A stretch of DNA of 31,194 nt from Victivallales bacterium (lineage in GTDB: Bacteria > Verrucomicrobiota > Lentisphaeria > Victivallales > JAADHT01): positions 1-31,194 of the forward strand of contig JAFGFR010000211.1 of assembly GCA_016930955.1 (NCBI GenBank), written 5' to 3'. Both the position numbers and the translations under genes were made by a program. Each line of letters starts with the position of its first letter. Within the stretch, counting starts at the first letter, position 1. Positions 7,647-16,327 of this stretch are shown here, one piece after another. The notes below the pieces were generated by a model that worked only from the letters and a program-made list of their open reading frames with translations, searched no databases and was not told the origin of the DNA.

Positions 7647-9161
7647 CTACTGCTTACCATGAGTCTGAGCAGCCGCCTTCCTGCGGTATAGCTCGATGCT
7701 CATGTCAACCTCGCGTCTTACATGGGGATATTGTATCCCGCTCGAGGCATCCAGCAGAAGCTTTATCGCCTCGTCGTACTGTTCCTTCACGGCAAGCATT
7801 TCCGCTTGTACCCTGACCTTCCGGTAGTTTTCCATCATAGCTTCCTGCAACTCCTTCTCCTGTGTGAGCTGAACTATCTTCTGCTCCAGCCCCGACTCGG
7901 CGGGAAGACCCTTGCTCTTGAGCTTGGCCTGTTTGTATAATTCGATCATTGACTCGTATTCTCCAGGATGATCGGCCATGAAACATTCAGCCTTCTTTAT
8001 CGCTTTTAACGAAGAATCCTTCTTGTGGTGATCCTGGATGAGCAAGGCCGCCACCCCTGCTATTGCGAGAAGCAACAGATAAATGAAGATGCTCGAGGTC
8101 GCGCTTCCGGAAGATTTGGAGACAGCGACTGGCAAGGGCACTTTCGGCGAAGGCGAAGCGCGGCGACGCCCCTTGTTCACGGTCAGTGCCTTCTGCCTCT
8201 TCCTCGGCTTGCGCTTCGGGTCAATGGCCCGAAGCGCAGCTTGTGCATCCTCGATGAACCCCTGCCATGAGTCATATCGATCGGCAGGTGTCTTGCCCAT
8301 CATCTTGCGCATTATCTCCACAGTCGCTTTTGTGACCTCTGCTGTGGGGTTGCGGGAAAGAGGCTCGGGGAAGGGCTCAGTGGTATGCATCTCAATGATC
8401 TCGACGACATCCGGCGCATCGAAGGGAGGCACCCCGACAACGAGGTTGTAGAGTGTCGCGCCAAGGGAATAGAGGTCGCTGCTCCAGCTAAGTCTTGCCG
8501 CCACTGTCTGCTCGGGGCTCATATAGAAGGGGGAGCCGAGAATATGATCCTCGCCGCCGGAGCTTTCGCCAATATACTGGGCAATGCCCATGTCCATCAA
8601 AAAGATTTCGCCGCTCTTGTCCAGCATCAGATTGCCCGGCTTGATGTCCTTGTGGAGAAGCCCGTAAGACTCCCAAGCGTAGCTCAGCGCATGCCCGATC
8701 TTTATACCGATGAGCAGTGCCTCGTTCTCCGGGATAAAGAACTTCCTCGACAGCACGTGCTCGAGGTCCTCGCCTTCGACATAGGCAGTGGCGAGATAGT
8801 AGGTCCCCTCGTGCTCGCCGGCATCTATGGCAGGTATTATATTGGGATGGTTGAGCCTTCCGGAGACCTGTGCCTCATTGAGGAACTGCTCGACCGAGGC
8901 CTTGTTGGAGGTCAAGGATTTAAGCAGCACCTTGAGCGCGACAAGCCTTTCCATGGAAATCTGCCTGGCTAGATATACGTTCCCCATCCCCCCCCTGCCG
9001 ATGATGCGAATGATCTCGAACCCGCCCATGATCGTTCCTTGCGGAAGGTCTTTCTCCGGCAGCGAGACAGTCCCGTTGCAATGCGGACAGGCAACTATTT
9101 CAGAATCGCCTTCATCGCTCTCGAACACCTTGTGGCAGTGCGGACAGTCATATGATCTCAT
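7647..9161 (-). CDS. Hanks-type Ser/Thr protein kinase with N-terminal Zn-ribbon, one TM helix and a C-terminal helical domain
   Basis: CPHC...CPHC, GRGGMGNVY, VALK, HKDIKPGN, DMG, GSPFYMSPE, SDLYSLG; hydrophobic IFIYLLLLAIAGVAALLI. Confidence 0.92.
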   Translation of the reverse strand: MRSYDCPHCHKVFESDEGDSEIVACPHCNGTVSLPEKDLPQGTIMGGFEIIRIIGRGGMGNVYLARQISMERLVALKVLLKSLTSNKASVEQFLNEAQVSGRLNHPNIIPAIDAGEHEGTYYLATAYVEGEDLEHVLSRKFFIPENEALLIGIKIGHALSYAWESYGLLHKDIKPGNLMLDKSGEIFLMDMGIAQYIGESSGGEDHILGSPFYMSPEQTVAARLSWSSDLYSLGATLYNLVVGVPPFDAPDVVEIIEMHTTEPFPEPLSRNPTAEVTKATVEIMRKMMGKTPADRYDSWQGFIEDAQAALRAIDPKRKPRKRQKALTVNKGRRRASPSPKVPLPVAVSKSSGSATSSIFIYLLLLAIAGVAALLIQDHHKKDSSLKAIKKAECFMADHPGEYESMIELYKQAKLKSKGLPAESGLEQKIVQLTQEKELQEAMMENYRKVRVQAEMLAVKEQYDEAIKLLLDASSGIQYPHVRREVDMSIELYRRKAAAQTHGKQ

Positions 9162-9313
9162 AAAAAAACCTCGGCACCATGCCGGTCCTATTTCAACAGT
9201 GTCGCTTGATTCCCTGGAGAACCAAGCTAAATTTTCACCCGGTCAATCTATACCGGATAACGCCTCCGGTCAAACTTGAAAACGGCTATGTCAGCTTAAA
9301 AATCGGGAAAACA

Positions 9314-10486
9314 ATGACTCGGAGAGAAGTCAACGAATACCTTGAGCAGTATTTCCTTGAAGTGATAGACAACAGGCATCTTTCGAGGTCTGATGTAATT
9401 GTCAGGGGGCTTTTGTTCGCGATGTCCCGTGTATATAGGCGTGCTGTGCAGTTCAGGCACTGGGTGTACGACAAGCGGATATTCAGGAACAAGGCTCTAG
9501 GCTGTCTGGTGGTCAGCATAGGAAACCTGACGTGCGGCGGCACGGGGAAGACGCCTGTGGTGGAGGTTTTCGCGAAAACCCTTAGCCAAAAGGGCAGGAA
9601 GGTTGCAGTTTTGAGCCGCGGATACCGCAGCCGTGACAGGAGCATGCTGGAGAAGTTGAAGGAAAGATTGTTCTCTAAACGACATGCAGTCCCTCCGCGT
9701 GTCGTATCCGACGGCGAGAATCTGCTTCTCGACTCTTCTTCAGCCGGGGACGAGCCATACATGCTCGCATCGAATCTCAAGAACGTGGTTGTTTTGGTTG
9801 ACAAGGACCGAGTGAAGTCCGGGCTTTTCGCGATATCCGAATTCTCCGCCGACACTCTGATCCTTGACGACGGCTTCCAGTATCTGGACCTGAAGCCCCG
9901 TCTTAACATAGTATTGGTGGACTCCACTCAGCCATTCCACAACCACCATGTTCTGCCCCGCGGGCTTCTGAGGGAGCCGATAAAGAACATCAGACGTGCA
10001 GACTACATATTCCTGACCAAGTCCCGGGGCGGCAAACACCTGAGGCACATAAAAAGCTTCCTCCGAAGGCATAACCGACGTGCTGAGATAATCGAATGCC
10101 GACATGAGCCGAAGTACCTTGAGGACGTGTACGACAAGAACAACCGCAAAGGGCTGGAGCTTCTTGAAGGTGCCCGCATAGCGGCCTTGAGCGGGATAGC
10201 CAATCCCCAGAGTTTCGAGGACTTCCTCGATGATCTCGGTGCCGAGATCGTCTACAAGGAGAGGTTCATGGACCATCACCGCTACAGGCAGCAGGAGCTG
10301 ATTGACTTTGTCGTGGAGGCCAAGAGGGTGAAGGCGGACCTGATCGTGACCACGGAAAAGGATGCAGTGCGTTTCCCGAGGCTCGACAGGAGGGATATCC
10401 CAATATTCTTCATGCGTGTTGAGATAGGCATAATCAGTGGGCAAGAGAACTTCGACCAGTGCATATCGAGGATATGTTTCGTATGA
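9314..10486 (+). CDS. lpxK: Tetraacyldisaccharide 4'-kinase
   Basis: VSIGNLTCGGTGKTP P-loop, LSRGY, GDEPYMLA, LDDGFQYL, LPRGLLREP, DHHRY, TTEKDAVR. Start placed at MTRRE (9314) rather than 9179. Confidence 0.93.
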   Translation: MTRREVNEYLEQYFLEVIDNRHLSRSDVIVRGLLFAMSRVYRRAVQFRHWVYDKRIFRNKALGCLVVSIGNLTCGGTGKTPVVEVFAKTLSQKGRKVAVLSRGYRSRDRSMLEKLKERLFSKRHAVPPRVVSDGENLLLDSSSAGDEPYMLASNLKNVVVLVDKDRVKSGLFAISEFSADTLILDDGFQYLDLKPRLNIVLVDSTQPFHNHHVLPRGLLREPIKNIRRADYIFLTKSRGGKHLRHIKSFLRRHNRRAEIIECRHEPKYLEDVYDKNNRKGLELLEGARIAALSGIANPQSFEDFLDDLGAEIVYKERFMDHHRYRQQELIDFVVEAKRVKADLIVTTEKDAVRFPRLDRRDIPIFFMRVEIGIISGQENFDQCISRICFV

Positions 10487-10538
10487 TTCCTGAGGCCTGC
10501 CGGCAGAATATGAATGAGATTTGTTATAGGGAGCGACG

Positions 10539-11930
10539 ATGAAGACGGTAAGGGAGTTTTTCAAGATCGAGCAGCGGGGCAGCAGCATCAGAACGGAGGT
10601 GTTCGCCGGAGTGACGACATTCATGACGATGTCGTATATAATATTTCTGCAGCCGCTGATCCTTTCCGGGGCTCTTTCCGGCACATCCACCGGGATGCCC
10701 GCGGATGCCCTTATATCCGGGGTCTGTGTGGCCGCGGCATTCGGCTCGATACTGATGGGCCTTCTCGCCAACTACCCGATAGCGCTTGCGCCGGGAATGG
10801 GGGAGAATTTCTTTTTTGTCGCCGTGATTTCCTCTTGCGTCGCGCTGGGCATATCCGAGCCGGAAACAGCATGGCAGACAGCCTTGGGCGTGGTTTTCAT
10901 CTCGGGAGCGATCTTCCTTGTCCTTTCAGTTTTGAACATACGTGAGCTGCTCCTGGTCTCGATCAGCCAGAGCATGAAGCACGCCATGGCCGCTGGCATA
11001 GGGTTGTTCATCGCGCTGATAGGCTTCAAGAACGGCGGCCTGATACATACGGTCCACGGAAACTACATTTTGAACACTGAAGGGCTGTACAGCGCCGCCT
11101 CGCTGATCTTTTTCACCGGACTAATCGTAACGGCTTCGCTTCATGTGCTCAAGGTCAGAGGATCGGTGCTGTGGGGCATCCTCTGCGGGGCAGCTATGGC
11201 ATTTCTTCTCGGTCAGGTAAAGTTCGAGGGGATAGTCGGGAAACCGGCGGGAATGGGTGAGCTATTCGCAGGCATGGATTTGGTGAATGTATTCTCCAAC
11301 ATCCACAAACTGCTGCCGTTCATCATCATATTCACGTTCATGGATGTGTTTGACACTTTGGGCACTCTTGTCGGGGTGGCGACCCAATCCGGGCTGATGA
11401 AGGGCAACAATCTGCCGAACTCGAGGAAAGCCTTCGCGGCGGACTCCATCGCGACGATGTTCGGGGTGTTCTGCGGCCAGAGCACTGTCACGAGTTACAT
11501 CGAGAGCTCCACGGGAGTCGAGTACGGCGGGAGAACCGGATTGGCCGCAGTCACCTCAGGGTTTTGCTTCGTGATCGCAGTGTTCTTCACCCCTCTGATC
11601 GCGATGACAGGAAACTATCCGGGAGGCGTCAACCCGATAACCGCTCCGGCTCTGGTGATCGTGGGAGCCATAATGATGCGCAGTGTAACGGAAATAGACT
11701 GGAAGGATTTCAGCGAGGCAGTGCCGTCTTTTATGATAATTGCAGGTATCTCCTTCACCTTCAGCATATCCGACGGCCTGATGCTGGGGTTTGTGGCGTA
11801 CCCGGCAATAAAACTCTTCGGGGGAAAGGCAAGGCAGATAGGCTGGCTGAACTACCTTATCGGAGGAACCCTGCTTTTCTACTTGCTTTGCGTCAAAACA
11901 GGCATTTTCGGGACATGGCTCTCAAATTGA
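10539..11930 (+). CDS. NCS2/AzgA-family nucleobase (guanine/hypoxanthine/xanthine) permease
   Basis: EVFAGVTTFMTMSYI, LAPGMGENFFF, DVFDTLGT, TSYIESSTGVEYGGRTG and TFSISDG motifs; ~12 TM helices. Confidence 0.92.
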   Translation: MKTVREFFKIEQRGSSIRTEVFAGVTTFMTMSYIIFLQPLILSGALSGTSTGMPADALISGVCVAAAFGSILMGLLANYPIALAPGMGENFFFVAVISSCVALGISEPETAWQTALGVVFISGAIFLVLSVLNIRELLLVSISQSMKHAMAAGIGLFIALIGFKNGGLIHTVHGNYILNTEGLYSAASLIFFTGLIVTASLHVLKVRGSVLWGILCGAAMAFLLGQVKFEGIVGKPAGMGELFAGMDLVNVFSNIHKLLPFIIIFTFMDVFDTLGTLVGVATQSGLMKGNNLPNSRKAFAADSIATMFGVFCGQSTVTSYIESSTGVEYGGRTGLAAVTSGFCFVIAVFFTPLIAMTGNYPGGVNPITAPALVIVGAIMMRSVTEIDWKDFSEAVPSFMIIAGISFTFSISDGLMLGFVAYPAIKLFGGKARQIGWLNYLIGGTLLFYLLCVKTGIFGTWLSN

Positions 11931-12023
11931 ACCTGCCATACATCTCAGGATCAACTTCAAGACTAACCGTTCACGTCAGGACAGCAAAAACACTGGAAAA
12001 TCTGCTCTTCCATGCAACCACAC

Positions 12024-12051
12024 TTGATTTCCAACTCTAGACCTGTATAAT
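12024..12051 (+). promoter_or_regulatory. Putative sigma70 promoter for lpxC
   Basis: TTGATT(12024-12029)-N16-TATAAT(12046-12051), about 56 bp upstream of the lpxC ATG. Confidence 0.55.
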
Positions 12052-12107
12052 CCGACTTGCTGAGGAGCCAATAAACTTATCATTATAACAGAACGAGATG
12101 AACCCTG

Positions 12108-12950
12108 ATGGAAGAAATGCAGAACACGCTCAAGAGGGAGACGGGATTGTCGGGAATCGCACTGCACACCGGTGTCAGGGCAAACTTGACCTTGCGGCCT
12201 GCGGAAAAGGACAGGGGCATAGTCTTTCGAAGAGTTGACCTTCCCGGGAAGCCCTCGGTCAAGGCTTTGGCGCAAAACGTGGTGGATATAAGGCGTGGGA
12301 CGACGATCGCGAGCGGGGATGCGACGGTTTGCACGGTAGAGCATGTCCTGGCGACTCTGAACGCCTGCGGCATAGACAACGCCCTTGTGGATATGGACGG
12401 TCCGGAGCCGCCGATCGCCGACGGCAGCGCTCTGCCTTATCTTGACATCGTCAGCGATGCCGGAGTGGCGGAGCAGGATGCTGCCGCAAGGAGCTGGACA
12501 CCGGGAACGGTAATGGCGTTCGAGGATAACGGCTCCATCTCGGTGGTGATCCCCAATGATGGAGGATTGAAAATATCCTGCATGGTGGAGTATCCATCAT
12601 ACGCGCTGGGGACACAGTACTACTCCGCCTTGATATCCTTCGAGGAGTTTGCCGCCAACCTGGCTCCGGCCAGGACTCTGGTAGAGTTCCGCGACCTCGA
12701 GAAGCTCATAGCAATGGGGCTGGTCAAAGGAGGTAGTCTGGACAACGCGATCGTGATACATGAGGGTGCCTTGATCAGCAAGGAAAACCTTAGATTCCCG
12801 GACGAGATCGTCAGACACAAGGTGCTGGACATAATCGGCGACATGGCCCTCCTTGGCCTCCGTTTGAACGCACATCTCCTCTCGATCAGGCCAGGGCACG
12901 CATCGAACGTCTGTGTCGCCAAAGAGCTTGCGAAACTGATCTCACCATAG
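12108..12950 (+). CDS. lpxC: UDP-3-O-acyl-N-acetylglucosamine deacetylase (stand-alone, no FabZ fusion)
   Basis: GIALHTG, TVEHVLA, EPPIADGSA, GGSLDNA, EIVRHKVLDIIGD and GH motifs. Confidence 0.95.
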   Translation: MEEMQNTLKRETGLSGIALHTGVRANLTLRPAEKDRGIVFRRVDLPGKPSVKALAQNVVDIRRGTTIASGDATVCTVEHVLATLNACGIDNALVDMDGPEPPIADGSALPYLDIVSDAGVAEQDAAARSWTPGTVMAFEDNGSISVVIPNDGGLKISCMVEYPSYALGTQYYSALISFEEFAANLAPARTLVEFRDLEKLIAMGLVKGGSLDNAIVIHEGALISKENLRFPDEIVRHKVLDIIGDMALLGLRLNAHLLSIRPGHASNVCVAKELAKLISP

Positions 12951-12952
12951 GA

Positions 12953-13053
12953 AAGCCGGTTTCAAAACTCCGCGTGAACCGCGTTGGGAACACCGTCTGC
13001 CGTGCCTCCACCCCAACCCTTTGGGCGGCCACGGGTAGTTTTGAAATTGGCTC
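12953..13053. mobile_element. 101-bp MITE-like element (copy B)
   Basis: AAGCCGGTTTCAAAACTCCGCGTGAACCG ... CCACGGGTAGTTTTGAAATTGGCTC; starts 2 bp after the lpxC stop; no intact TSD (AGGA vs TGAA). Confidence 0.8.
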
Positions 13054-13232
13054 TGAAGATACTGGTTTCGGTAGCGATTTCGATTTCGATTACAAGACAT
13101 AAAGACGGATTCTCAATGGCTGCCATTCGGGGGCAGGCCAGTACTGGACAGTATCCGAGTGTCTCAGGCACAATCCCGACGTGGTTTGGTTAATATCTAC
13201 CCTCCGGGCCCCCTCCGGGCACGCCAGCACTT

Positions 13233-13811
13233 TCATTTTCCCGTTGGCTGCAGTATTTCGAGCACTGGCGTGCCGTCGAGGTACAGATTCTCGATCACTG
13301 CATGTCCGTTTTTCACTCTTACGGCGACGAATGTGTTGTCATTATCCTGCCTGCTGGCTTTGAAATAGGCCTTCTCGGCCTCGGGAGCCAGGTGCTCGTT
13401 CATATAGAACCTATCGAAGGGTATCTCCAGGCGTGTCTCTCCGCTGTCCGAGCCCCATCGTGTCTTCATCTTGATGTAGTCCCCCTTCCCTACCGGCGGT
13501 GTCCTGTGCGCGGATGTGAACTTCGCAAACCCGTCGTCACCCGTTATGACTACCACATAGACGGTCTCGCACGGGTTGAACGATTCCCCATCAGACCTGA
13601 CGCTGTCCTCTCTCATGCTCAGCGCCACATATCTGCCGCGGAAGGCATCGTAGGGATCCACCGGGGCAGTCCTGAACTTATATTGCGTACCGTTTCTGAT
13701 GACATCCTCGTAACGGACAATCATCGCCGCCGGGAGACCAAGCTGCAAAATCGCCACTGCAAAGAAAAAGTGCAACATGAACTTTTTTGTCTTGAAAAAC
13801 TCGATATTCAT
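13233..13811 (-). CDS. GDYXXLXY-domain membrane-anchored protein
   Basis: N-terminal TM helix, TAPVDPYDAFRGRYVALS, DRFYMNEHLAPEAE, VRVKNG; 4-bp overlap with the upstream DUF2157 gene. Confidence 0.85.
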   Translation of the reverse strand: MNIEFFKTKKFMLHFFFAVAILQLGLPAAMIVRYEDVIRNGTQYKFRTAPVDPYDAFRGRYVALSMREDSVRSDGESFNPCETVYVVVITGDDGFAKFTSAHRTPPVGKGDYIKMKTRWGSDSGETRLEIPFDRFYMNEHLAPEAEKAYFKASRQDNDNTFVAVRVKNGHAVIENLYLDGTPVLEILQPTGK

Positions 13812-15151
13812 ACCGTCTGCCCTCCTTCAGCCCGTTTAAGTGCCGCCTTGCGCCTGACCATCAAGACGTTGGCGACCATAAAGCACGAGCCCATAATGAT
13901 AAAGGTCAACCCCCTGAAAAGTATATCGAGGCCGCTGTCGAAGAACCTCAAGAAAATCAGCAGCGACAGCACAGCCATGCCCATATTCAACCTGCCCAAG
14001 CGCGAACTCCTGACCCCTATTGCAATCAACGACACACCGACAAACACGAGGTAAAAGTTGAAGATCAGCATCGGCAGCATGGATTTGGAAGTGAGGTTTG
14101 CAAGGAGACATGACAGCAGTGCCGCCACAACGGCCGAGCCGCCGAAAATCAGCGCCTGGTATCTCCTTTTCCTCAGCGCTTGGACAATCAACCACACAAG
14201 AGGGATGTATATCACGACAAGTATGGCGATCGCCAGAAGCAGTCTTGCATGGTCGGCACCATCGAGAAGCCTGTATCGTCTATAGTAGTCCTGCCATATC
14301 CATTCGTAGGTGGATAATGTTGCCATGACAATCACTCCCACAGGGCCGATGAAGCTCAACGGACGCAGCCAGATCGTGGCGGGACCGTCAAGCCACACCT
14401 TGCCTGCGAGGCAGGACAACGCAAAGAAACCGAAATAAGCGAGCACCCTCAGGTTGTGGGTGGCCGACTCGAAAGATAAGCCAAGGCATATCGTGTAGCA
14501 TATCGAGAGCGTCCATAGAAGCAGTGCCGAACGTGCAGAGCAGCGACTTGTCCTCACCGAGAAGAAGATGTGAGGAAAAACAAGAAGCGACATCAGCCAG
14601 AAGTCCGCGATATGAGGGCCATCCCATGACAAAGCACAGGCTCTGGAGGCAATGCCTGCCATGAACATCATCGCGACTGTGGTGGAGTTGAAAAGATAGA
14701 TCAACGGAAAGCTGATAAGCATCCACGTGAAAAGGAAGCTCTCCAGGTCGCCCCCGACATGGTAGGTCTGCCCGATTATCGCTATCGATGAACCCGAGGC
14801 GAGCATGGTGAAGGCTCCCACGCCCTCTTTCCATGCGGTCCCCTTATCCTTCAACACTGAATAAGCCCCTGCACCCAATGCGGCCATGAGCGGCAGGAAG
14901 GCGAGCACGGTCCTCTCGAATTTCCCTAGAGCATCCCAGTTGTGCGCGAGGATGAGTATTATCCCACCGCCGATCAGCAACGCACCGAGGATACCGAAAA
15001 TCAACAAAGCTATCTTCGAAGTGTCCGTCTTGGGAACATCTCCGTAGTGCTTCCTGATACGACCGGCGGCATCCTCGCCTAAAACCCCCTCCGCAACAAG
15101 CCCCGGCAACTCGCCGTAAAGCCACTTCAGACCTTTCCTGTCAATACCCAT
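13808..15151 (-). CDS. DUF2157-domain integral membrane protein
   Basis: WLYGELPGLVAEGVL, GALLIGGGIILILAHNWD, IAIIGQTYH motifs; multi-TM; the usual partner of GDYXXLXY proteins. Confidence 0.87.
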   Translation of the reverse strand: MGIDRKGLKWLYGELPGLVAEGVLGEDAAGRIRKHYGDVPKTDTSKIALLIFGILGALLIGGGIILILAHNWDALGKFERTVLAFLPLMAALGAGAYSVLKDKGTAWKEGVGAFTMLASGSSIAIIGQTYHVGGDLESFLFTWMLISFPLIYLFNSTTVAMMFMAGIASRACALSWDGPHIADFWLMSLLVFPHIFFSVRTSRCSARSALLLWTLSICYTICLGLSFESATHNLRVLAYFGFFALSCLAGKVWLDGPATIWLRPLSFIGPVGVIVMATLSTYEWIWQDYYRRYRLLDGADHARLLLAIAILVVIYIPLVWLIVQALRKRRYQALIFGGSAVVAALLSCLLANLTSKSMLPMLIFNFYLVFVGVSLIAIGVRSSRLGRLNMGMAVLSLLIFLRFFDSGLDILFRGLTFIIMGSCFMVANVLMVRRKAALKRAEGGQTV

Positions 15152-15234
15152 ATATCCTCGTCCAAATCAAGAAGTCAATCAATCACAAGGCACTCACAAC
15201 CACTAAAGATACAAGTCGAAAGCATTTTGTCAAC

Positions 15235-15306
15235 GAGCCGGTTTCAAAACTCAGCGTGAACCATGTTGGAGACGCAGGCGCGGCAGACGGCGCGGCGATA
15301 TGGCTC
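15235..15306. mobile_element. 72-bp internally shortened MITE-like element (copy C)
   Basis: GAGCCGGTTTCAAAACTCAGCGTGAACC...GCGGCGATATGGCTC; shares the left module with copies A, B and D; its end overlaps the AraC stop codon. Confidence 0.75.
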
Positions 15307-16066
15307 ACTTCCATGAGGTGATTTTCCGTCCGGCAAGCTTCCTGAAATATGAGGGAGGTCTGCCTTCAATCCGAGAAAACATCCTTGAAAAATGGAAGGG
15401 ACTGCTGAACCCAAGACGCGATGCGGCATCTTCAACACTGCTTCCAGCAAGGATAAATTCCTTTCCGGCCTTCACCCTCTCCCGTCTGGCATATTCCATG
15501 GGAGAATAACCCGTTTCTTTTTTGAACTGGTGGGAAAGCAGAGAGACACTCACATTGCAAAGTTTGGCCAGTTTCGGAATATTCGGGGGATTGACAACGT
15601 TCCCTCCGAGAACTTCGAGCGCCTTTGACGTCGCAGTGCTGTATCCTTGTCTGGTGCCGCCGTCAACCCTTTCAGCCACTGCAGATAAAATCATGAGTGT
15701 GCCGCCAATGGCTTTAAGTTCAAATCCCGCCGGACGGAAATGCAAGGCTCTGACTACATCCATCATTCTACCCGCAACATCAAAACCTCCCTCAAATGTA
15801 CTGGCACGGTTTTCCGGAATCGTCGGGATAATGCCTGATTTCCCGGAGATATGCAGGAACAAGCATGCAAATCCCCAAGCACAGTCGCCGGTGTTGCGCT
15901 CATAAAAGGGAATCCCTGGGGGAATGACATAAACTGTCCCGGGGCCGATCTGTATTGTCCTTCCTTGGCATTCCATCTCCCCCTTGCCTGATACCAGAGT
16001 TACAACAACCCACACATTCTGAATGCAGTGCCGAAAGGAAAAACCCTCCCTTTCAAAGCCGCTCAT
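15305..16066 (-). CDS. AraC-family transcriptional regulator (cupin-like sensor plus double HTH)
   Basis: LAKLCNVSVSLLSHQFKKETGYSP and ASRLGFSSPFHFSRMFSRIEGRPPSYFR; divergent from the catabolic cluster. Confidence 0.9.
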   Translation of the reverse strand: MSGFEREGFSFRHCIQNVWVVVTLVSGKGEMECQGRTIQIGPGTVYVIPPGIPFYERNTGDCAWGFACLFLHISGKSGIIPTIPENRASTFEGGFDVAGRMMDVVRALHFRPAGFELKAIGGTLMILSAVAERVDGGTRQGYSTATSKALEVLGGNVVNPPNIPKLAKLCNVSVSLLSHQFKKETGYSPMEYARRERVKAGKEFILAGSSVEDAASRLGFSSPFHFSRMFSRIEGRPPSYFRKLAGRKITSWK

Positions 16067-16327
16067 TGCGGACAGCCCCCCCCAATGCCGGCGGCATCTG
16101 AAACGGGATTGCCATGGGGAAGCATCCCACCCATTCGCTCAATCACCGCAATCGAAGAAGTTGTAGTCCCCCCCGTCGGAAGAAGAAAAGAGTTCTGTGA
16201 TTTCAACATTATGTGCCCTCGTCTGCAAAGTTTCAGTTTTGCCAAAACAGATATGATTAATGCAGTTTTGTGCATGGCATTAACCTGCCTAATCCGCTAT
16301 TGACATAATAATACACAAAGGAAGGCG

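Noticed and set aside
9179-9313. 45-aa N-terminal extension of LpxK
   Set aside because: Falls in the divergent intergenic region and does not resemble LpxK; MTRRE at 9314 is more plausible.
10487-10538. Purine riboswitch upstream of the NCS2 permease
   Set aside because: Only 52 bp between lpxK and the permease, and no recognisable aptamer junction.
9740-10771. 343-aa minus-strand ORF (and similar ones at 13302-14054, 22162-22902, 26955-27650)
   Set aside because: Antisense to well-supported genes; no independent motifs.
12065-12078. GAGCCAATAAACT as another element remnant
   Set aside because: Only 8 bp of exact match and no partner end; could be chance.
16234-16305. CAGTTTTG direct repeats and TTGACA as an AraC site and promoter
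   Set aside because: Repeat spacing is 29 bp rather than the ~21 bp typical of AraC half-sites, and no -10 box lies at the right distance from TTGACA.
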